Below, piece after piece: positions 58,301-64,000 of a stretch of DNA of 64,000 bases. Position 1 is the stretch's first letter. Every line of letters starts with the position of its first letter. The notes below the pieces were generated by a model. That model saw only the letters and a list, made by a program, of their open reading frames with translations. It was not told the origin of the DNA and ran no database searches. The stretch is from a virus. The translations under genes were made by a program, and so were the position numbers. The stretch is from positions 106,521-170,520 of IMG/VR virus record IMGVR_UViG_3300028394_000001; one strand, given 5' to 3'.

Positions 58301-59241
58301 ATACAGCGATACCAGCAGGTTCTTATGCTAATGGTGCTTTTGGTGGAGCTAATACAGCCAGTTCATATGCCAATGGTGCATTCTTAACAGCTAACTCAGC
58401 CAGTTCTAATACGGTTTCAATCAGTTCCTATGCTAATGGTGCTTTTGGTATAGCTAATTCAGCTAGTTCATATGCTAATGGTGCATTCTTAATAGCCAAC
58501 ACAGCAATACCAGCAGGTTCATATGCTAATGGTGCATTTGTTTCTTCAAATACAGCCATCACTAATGCAACAATAGCCAGTTCATATGCTAACTCAGCAT
58601 TCACTGTAGCCAATACAGCGATACCGGCTGGTTCATATGCTAATGGTGCATTTGTTTCTTCAAATACAGCCATCACTAATGCAGGATCAGCCAGTTCTTA
58701 TGCTAATGGTGCTTTTGCTGCTGCTAATACTGGTTCTGCTGTAACAGCAGCCGGTTCCTATGCCAACTCAGCATTCGCTATAGCTAATACAGCCAGTTCT
58801 AATACAGTTTCAATCAGTTCATATGCTAATTCTGCTTTTGGTATTGCTAATACGGCCAGTTCGAATACGGTTTCAATCAGTTCTTATGCTAATGGTGCTT
58901 TTGATATAGCTAATACATCGATACCAGCAGGTTCATATGCTAATGGTGCTTTTGCACAAGCCAACTCTGCTTATACAAGAGCAAACAATACAGTCAATGC
59001 AAATACTGGTGGTACAATTACCGGTAATGTAACAATTACTGGTAATTTAATAATAACAAATACAACCACATCTATATCAAATACTACAGGTGCATTACAA
59101 GTTACTGGTGGAATTGGCGTAACAGGAAATGTTTATGTTGGTTATACTGGTGTTGTTGGTTTTTCAAACACAATTAGTAGCAGTGTTGTATATGTAACCT
59201 ACAATGCTGCAAATAATAGTCTAGATACAATATTTGGATAA
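55321..59241 (+). CDS. repetitive tail fibre protein (SYAN repeats)
   Basis: 1306 aa, mostly SYAN repeats, with one copy of the shared beta domain and a C-terminal S.TTGALQVTGGIGVTGNVY motif. Confidence 0.8.
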   Translation: MTYSYIGNQENKNVKIVGGYANSAYIQANSAHGTANSASSYANGAFIVSNSASSYANSAFTQANTSIPAGSYANGAFGIANSASSYANGAFTGSNTASSYANGAFASSNSASSYANSAYTVANTAIPAGSYANGAFGIANSASSYANGAFDGANTASSYANSASSYANGAFVSSNTASSNAASASSYANSAYNIANSASSYANGAFLTANTASSNTVSISSYANGAFGIANSASSYANGAFAVANTAIPAGSYANGAFVSSNTAITNAGSASSYANGAFTQANTAIPAGSYANGAFVSSNTAITNAGSASSYANGAFTVANTAIPAGSYANGAFVAANTAITSVGLASLYANGAFAGANTASSFANGAFGIANTASSNTVSISSYANSAFGIANTATPAGSYANSAFLTANTASSNTVSISSYANGAFDISNSASSYANSAFTIANTATPAGSYANGAFGIANSASSYANGAFASSNSASSYANSAFLVANTAIPAGSYANSAYVRANNSLNVQSGGTITGDVTVTGNLFINGTTISVNTTVIQTTDSLIKLANNNVLSDTLDIGFYGTSLTAGSAVPTYHGLVRQAGSNNFLLFRDIAEDPSSNILSPGSATESNVGTLIANVAGYKITSYGTDLLQFANAAFNQANVAFESSNTFTGAAYARRQANAAFSQANAAYGTANSASSYANGAFDGANTASSNAASASSYANSAFGIANTAIPAGSYANGAFAGANTASSNAASASSYANSAFNVANTATPAGSYANGAFAGANTASSNTVSISSYANSAFDVANTAIPAGSYANGAFAGANSASSNAAIASSNAASASSYANSAFNVANTAIPASSYANSAFAIANTASSNTVSISSYANSAFGIANTAIPAGSYANGAFAGANTASSNAAIASSYANSAFAIANTSIPAGSYANGAFLTANTASSNTVSISSYANGAFGIANSANFNAGSASSYANSAFAGANTASSYAASSSSYANSAFGIANTAIPAGSYANGAFGGANTASSYANGAFLTANSASSNTVSISSYANGAFGIANSASSYANGAFLIANTAIPAGSYANGAFVSSNTAITNATIASSYANSAFTVANTAIPAGSYANGAFVSSNTAITNAGSASSYANGAFAAANTGSAVTAAGSYANSAFAIANTASSNTVSISSYANSAFGIANTASSNTVSISSYANGAFDIANTSIPAGSYANGAFAQANSAYTRANNTVNANTGGTITGNVTITGNLIITNTTTSISNTTGALQVTGGIGVTGNVYVGYTGVVGFSNTISSSVVYVTYNAANNSLDTIFG

Positions 59242-59253
59242 TAAGAGATTAAT

Positions 59254-59418
59254 ATGATAAGTATTTATTTTGAATTTGATAGTCCCTACGGCAAATACGC
59301 AGACGCTATTGTTTTGCTAGACGGTCAAACCATGACTGACGCTGAAATTGAAATAATGAAGCAAGACCGCTACAACAGGTGGCTTGCGGCTGTAGCCTCA
59401 CCTCCTACTGAGGAGTAA
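59254..59418 (+). CDS. small hypothetical protein (54 aa, not in ORF track)
   Basis: MISIYFEFDSPYGKYADAIVLLDGQTMTDAEIEIMKQDRYNRWLAAVASPPTEE*. Its 3' end supplies the GAGGAG SD for the next gene. Confidence 0.7.
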   Translation: MISIYFEFDSPYGKYADAIVLLDGQTMTDAEIEIMKQDRYNRWLAAVASPPTEE

Positions 59419-59420
59419 GC

Positions 59421-62012
59421 ATGGCCAATAGATACTGGGTAGGCGGCACAGGCACATGGGATGCAACAACCACAACCAACTGGAGTGCTGCCTCAGGTGG
59501 CGCGGGTGGTGCATCGGCGCCTACATCTGCGGATAATGTGATCTTTGACACGGCATCTAATGCCACAGCCTATGCTGTGACTGTGGGAACCAATGCTGTT
59601 GCAGCAGACATAACCATTGCTGGCCCTGCTGCGGGCAATGTCACCATCACCTCTGGAGCCACGGCGGTAATCAACTGCTATGGTAGTTGGTTAAATTCCG
59701 CCACAGGTGTTGTTTTTACCACCACAACCGGTGCAGCCATAAACTTCTTGGCTACCACGACCGGTAAAACTGTTACCACAAATAACGTGACGCTGGGAGC
59801 GATGGCAGTCACCTTTAACGGAGTAGGTGGCGGTTGGACTCTTGGCAGTGCTTTTACCAATATTACTAATGTAATTACTGTAACTGCGGGTGCATTTAGT
59901 ACTGGAAATTTTGCCGTTAGTAGCGCGGGTATGGCTTCTAGTGGAACCGGTGTTAGGTCAGTTACTTTAGGAAGTTCTACGCTTACCTTATCTGTGCAGG
60001 CTGCATGGACATTTACCACCACAACCAATCTGACGTTCAGCGCAGGCACATCCACAATCATTTGTAGCGTCATAAACCCTATATTTGCTGGTGGTGGATT
60101 GACATACTACAACGTGAGTTTTACAGGTACATCGGCTAACACAGTTACTATTTCAGGACCAAATACTTTTAATAATTTATCTAGTGCCACATCGGCTAGT
60201 GTAGGTATTCGGCCTATTGTCCTTGCGGATAACCAAACAGTCAATGGAACTTTGACTTTAAGCAACGCCGCATCAGCGACCCGCCGTATATTTATTAGTA
60301 GCAGTGTTTTAGGCACTCCCCGCACATTGACTGTTGCTACTCTTGCCGCACTGGTTGATGTGGACTTTCAGGACATTGTTGCTGCGGGTGCAAGTGCCGC
60401 TAGTCCTTGGTCCGGCACTCGCTTGGGTAACTGCCTGGGCAACACCAACATCACATTTGCTGCAGGTGTAAACAAATACTTTCGCAGCGTGAGTGGCGCA
60501 AGCGCAAACTGGGGCGGCACTGTATGGTCAACATCTTCGGCTGATACTGCAACACCGGCTGTGAACGATTTTCCCTTGGCACAAGACACCGCCATTATTG
60601 ATGATGCAGGGGCCATTGCAAACAACGGCTTGCGTACTGGCAACACTATCACGATAAGCGATAACTGGAACATGGGTACTCTGAACTTTAGTGGACGCAC
60701 CACAGCATTCACTTGGAATCAAGGCAATCAAGACCCAACCATATACGGAAACGTGACGCTCACTTCGTCCATGACCATGACTGGTGCAACAAGCCCCACT
60801 TGGACTTTTTCCGGGCAGGGTCTAACGCAAACAGTAGACTCAGCAGGCATAACTCTATTCCTTAATAATTTTATAGTTGACTCATTTAACGGCACAGTTT
60901 CTTTGGCTAGAAATACCACTGTAGAATTAGTTGCCGGAACTTCAGGCAACTACACCCTGACCAGCGGCACATTAGATTTGAATGGGTACACAGCCACTTG
61001 TAATGGATTTAGTTCATCAAATACCAATGTGAGAACACTGGCTTTTGGTTCAACAGGCAAATTGGTTATAACTAATAGCACCGGTGCTACTTGTTTTAGT
61101 GGTGCTACTTCAACAAATGCATCAGTTTCAGGCACTAACCCACTTGTGCAATTCACCTATTCTGGTGGTACAGGCACTAGAAATATCGTAATGTGGGCTT
61201 TGCCAGAGGCTCAATCCATCAGCGTTGAGTTTTTGAACAACGCAACTGATGTAGTTGTTATACAAGGCACTTCCGGCGGTTATAGAAATATTGATTTTAC
61301 CAATTTTAATGGAACAGTTAATCCTGCAAACACTCCACGTTGTTTTGGTAATTTTACGCTGGGGGCTAATGTCATTTCTACATCAGGAACCAACACCCTT
61401 ACATTCGCGTCAACTAGCGGTACAAAAACCATTACTTCCAATGGCAAAACAATAGTTTTTCCTATTGCATTTAATGGTGTTGGTGGCGCATGGGCGTGTC
61501 AGGATTCTTTGAATATGACGGGCGCACTAACATTTTCTAACGGCACGCTGCAACTCAAATCAGGCGTGACCAGCACTGTGGGTTCTTTCGTAACATCAGG
61601 CACAACACTCAAGTACCTGCAAAGCACAACCCCCGGAACACGAGCGACAATCAGTCAAGTCAGTGGTACAGTTTCAATTTCTAATACCTTTATCAAAGAT
61701 ATTAATGTAACAGGCGGAGCAACATGGAACGCTAATGGTTCAGGTAACACAAACGCTGGTAATAATAGTGGCTGGACAATATTACCTGCTTGGTTTATTT
61801 CAAGAATCAATAGTAATGGTGTCTTGTTCGTTCCAATAGGTTCTCAATTTGATGAAACAACTTTAAATCAAATTAGTATATCACCAACAGTAACGCATGC
61901 ATCAAATTTAGATGAAATTACATTACAAGGCCAAAACATAGCTAAACGTGAAAATTCTGATGGTACATTAATGGTTAACGGTTATTTTGATGAAGTGACT
62001 GGAATACTATGA
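59421..62012 (+). CDS. beta-rich tail fibre / receptor-binding-like protein
   Basis: MANRYWVGGTGTWD...NWS..SGGAGGAS.PTSAD.V.FD N-terminus; G/T/S/N-rich beta-solenoid repeats; C-terminal FDEV motifs. Confidence 0.75.
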   Translation: MANRYWVGGTGTWDATTTTNWSAASGGAGGASAPTSADNVIFDTASNATAYAVTVGTNAVAADITIAGPAAGNVTITSGATAVINCYGSWLNSATGVVFTTTTGAAINFLATTTGKTVTTNNVTLGAMAVTFNGVGGGWTLGSAFTNITNVITVTAGAFSTGNFAVSSAGMASSGTGVRSVTLGSSTLTLSVQAAWTFTTTTNLTFSAGTSTIICSVINPIFAGGGLTYYNVSFTGTSANTVTISGPNTFNNLSSATSASVGIRPIVLADNQTVNGTLTLSNAASATRRIFISSSVLGTPRTLTVATLAALVDVDFQDIVAAGASAASPWSGTRLGNCLGNTNITFAAGVNKYFRSVSGASANWGGTVWSTSSADTATPAVNDFPLAQDTAIIDDAGAIANNGLRTGNTITISDNWNMGTLNFSGRTTAFTWNQGNQDPTIYGNVTLTSSMTMTGATSPTWTFSGQGLTQTVDSAGITLFLNNFIVDSFNGTVSLARNTTVELVAGTSGNYTLTSGTLDLNGYTATCNGFSSSNTNVRTLAFGSTGKLVITNSTGATCFSGATSTNASVSGTNPLVQFTYSGGTGTRNIVMWALPEAQSISVEFLNNATDVVVIQGTSGGYRNIDFTNFNGTVNPANTPRCFGNFTLGANVISTSGTNTLTFASTSGTKTITSNGKTIVFPIAFNGVGGAWACQDSLNMTGALTFSNGTLQLKSGVTSTVGSFVTSGTTLKYLQSTTPGTRATISQVSGTVSISNTFIKDINVTGGATWNANGSGNTNAGNNSGWTILPAWFISRINSNGVLFVPIGSQFDETTLNQISISPTVTHASNLDEITLQGQNIAKRENSDGTLMVNGYFDEVTGIL

Positions 62013-62042
62013 TAAATAGCATATCAATCAAAAAATAAAAAT

Positions 62043-64000
62043 ATGGCAAAACTTCTAAGTGGAACAAGAATATACGGAAATACATCAGTAGATACCTTTA
62101 TAACGGTAGGCTCAAATGTTTCTATTTCTGGAGCAAATAATTCTACATCAAATTTAACTGGCGCGCTTGTCATATCGACTGGTGGTTTGGGTGTTGTTGG
62201 TAATGTATATACCGGAAGTCATGTAATTACAGGTACAGGTAATGGTATAACATTTGTCGATGGTACAACACAAACAACATCACCTGCAGCGACAGCATCA
62301 TATGCCAACTCAGCATTTTTAGCAGCTAATACAGCAGATTCCAAAGCAGTATCAGCTGGTTCATATGCCAACTCAGCATTCACTGTAGCCAACACAGCGA
62401 TACCGGCTGGTTCATATGCTAATGGTGCTTTTGTTTCTTCAAATACGGCCATCACTAATGCAGGATCAGCTAGTTCATATGCTAATGGTGCTTTTGCTGC
62501 TGCTAATACAGCCAGTTCCAATACAGTTTCAATCAGTTCATATGCTAATTCTGCTTTTGGTATAGCTAATACGGCCAGTTCGAATACGGTTTCAATCAGT
62601 TCCTACGCCAACTCTGCATTCGCTATAGCTAATACAGCAACACCAGCGGGTTTCTATGCTAATGGTGCATTCTTAGCAGCTAATTCAGCAAGTTCCAATG
62701 CAGCAATAGCCAGTTCATATGCCAACTCTGCTTTTGGTATAGCTAACTCAGCCAGTTCCTATGCCAACTCTGCTTTTGATATAGCTAATACAGCAACACC
62801 AGCAGGTTCTTATGCCAACTCTGCTTTTGGTATAGCTAATACGGCCAGTTCTAATACAGTTTCAATTAGTTCCTATGCCAACTCTGCTTTTGGTATTGCT
62901 AATACAAGTACTTTAAATGCTGCATCAGCTAGTTCGTATGCTAATGGTGCCTTTGCACAATCTAATTTATCTTTTGATTCAGCCAATAGTGCTTCAAATT
63001 ATGCCAATGCTTCTTTTGTCCGTGCAAATAATTCATTTGCACAAACAGGTGGTACAGTTTCAGGTGATGTATTTGTAACGGGTAACCTTTACATTCAAGG
63101 AACAACAACATCAGTCAATATGACTGTGATACAAACGGAAGATTCGTTAATCAAGTTAGCTAATAATAACTTATTCAGTGATACCTTGGACATAGGTTTT
63201 TATGGTAGTTCATTGACAGCTGGATCAGCTATACCAACTTATCATGGTCTTGTGAGGCAAGCTGGTTCCAATAATTTCTTGTTGTTTAGGGATATAACAC
63301 AGGACCCAGGTACAAATAATACATTAAGTCCGGGTTCAGCGTCAGAATCTAATGTTGGCACACTTATAGCAAATGTTGCCGGTTATACAATAACCAGTTA
63401 TGGTACAGACTTGTTGAAATTTTCTAACGCATCTTTTATTCAAGCTAATGCATCTTTTAATTCTTCGAATTCAGCCAGTTCATATGCTAATGGTGCTTTT
63501 GGTGGATCTAATACGGCAAGTTCTTATGCTAATGGTGCTTTTGGTGGATCTAATACGGCAAGTTCTTATGCTAATGGTGCTTTTGATGGAGCTAATACAG
63601 CCAGTTCATATGCCAACTCTGCTTTTGGTGGAGCTAATACAGCCAGTTCATATGCCAACTCTGCTTTTGGTATAGCTAATACAGCAACACCAGCAGGTTC
63701 TTATGCCAACTCAGCATTCACTGTAGCTAATACAGCCAGTTCCAATACGGTTTCAATTAGTTCATATGCTAATTCTGCTTTTGGTATTGCTAATACAGCG
63801 ATACCAGCAGGTTCATATGCCAATGGTGCTTTTGGTGGAGCTAATACAGCCAGTTCATATGCCAACTCTGCTTTTGGTATAGCTAATACAGCAACACCAG
63901 CAGGTTCTTATGCCAACTCTGCTTTTGGTATAGCTAATACGGCCAGTTCTAATACAGTTTCAATCAGTTCTTATGCTAATGGTGCTTTTGATATAGCTAA
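62043..64000 (+). CDS. repetitive tail fibre protein (SYAN repeats), 3' truncated by window
   Basis: ATG 62043 MAKLLSGTRIYG..., then SYAN repeats and another copy of the shared beta domain, apparently open to the window end. ATAAATA at 62012. Confidence 0.8.
   Translation, partial: MAKLLSGTRIYGNTSVDTFITVGSNVSISGANNSTSNLTGALVISTGGLGVVGNVYTGSHVITGTGNGITFVDGTTQTTSPAATASYANSAFLAANTADSKAVSAGSYANSAFTVANTAIPAGSYANGAFVSSNTAITNAGSASSYANGAFAAANTASSNTVSISSYANSAFGIANTASSNTVSISSYANSAFAIANTATPAGFYANGAFLAANSASSNAAIASSYANSAFGIANSASSYANSAFDIANTATPAGSYANSAFGIANTASSNTVSISSYANSAFGIANTSTLNAASASSYANGAFAQSNLSFDSANSASNYANASFVRANNSFAQTGGTVSGDVFVTGNLYIQGTTTSVNMTVIQTEDSLIKLANNNLFSDTLDIGFYGSSLTAGSAIPTYHGLVRQAGSNNFLLFRDITQDPGTNNTLSPGSASESNVGTLIANVAGYTITSYGTDLLKFSNASFIQANASFNSSNSASSYANGAFGGSNTASSYANGAFGGSNTASSYANGAFDGANTASSYANSAFGGANTASSYANSAFGIANTATPAGSYANSAFTVANTASSNTVSISSYANSAFGIANTAIPAGSYANGAFGGANTASSYANSAFGIANTATPAGSYANSAFGIANTASSNTVSISSYANGAFDIA

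Larger units (their letters stand above)
50630..63430 (+). repeat. four dispersed ~400-bp near-identical domain copies in three fibre genes
   Basis: Copies at about 50630-51040, 53460-53880, 56830-57240 and 63005-63425 all contain CAAGCTGGTTCCAATAATTTCTTGTTGTTTAG. Confidence 0.88.

Noticed and set aside
49430-63675. Many alternative-frame and antisense ORFs (MLMVLL.../MELAVLA... types)
   Set aside because: They are by-products of the repetitive, stop-poor fibre sequence and overlap long, well-supported ORFs.
46050-64000. CRISPR array or DGR template/variable repeats
   Set aside because: The repeats are in-frame coding units with synonymous variation and no unique spacers. Differences between domain copies are not obviously confined to adenines, and no reverse transcriptase or cas gene is in the window.
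1-64000. Stop-codon reassignment (alternative genetic code)
   Set aside because: Core genes are full length under code 11, and TAA, TGA and TAG all terminate genes at the expected positions.

Overview
This window is a 64-kb segment of a large, AT-rich, T4-like (Tevenvirinae/cyanomyovirus-type) myophage read with the standard genetic code. The host is probably Gram-negative, since the phage encodes an outer-membrane beta-barrel protein. From left to right it carries: small accessory genes (MazG-like, DenV-like, PhoH); a ~6.4-kb cassette inserted between phoH and an exonuclease gene; a sigma70-driven RNA operon; gp33, gp59, a HAD phosphatase and gp32; a minus-strand tail block; the baseplate block (gp48, gp53, hub, split gp5, gp25, gp6, gp7, gp8, a DUF4815/VrlC-like giant protein); and highly repetitive tail-fibre genes running off the right edge. 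The strongest candidate for an undescribed system is the cassette. It encodes an Asn-Cys-repeat protein, a radical SAM/SPASM enzyme, four 2OG-Fe(II) oxygenase-like proteins and a flavin-dependent Trp-halogenase-like enzyme, and looks like a RiPP-style modification system that may act on a late or virion protein. Two other highlights are the RNA operon (two unknown structured RNAs plus a circularly permuted two-piece tmRNA with a micro-ORF in its intervening segment) and a candidate -1 frameshift fusing gp26 to gp51 just upstream of the tape-measure-like gene. All family assignments come from motif recognition and synteny by eye; no database search was run.
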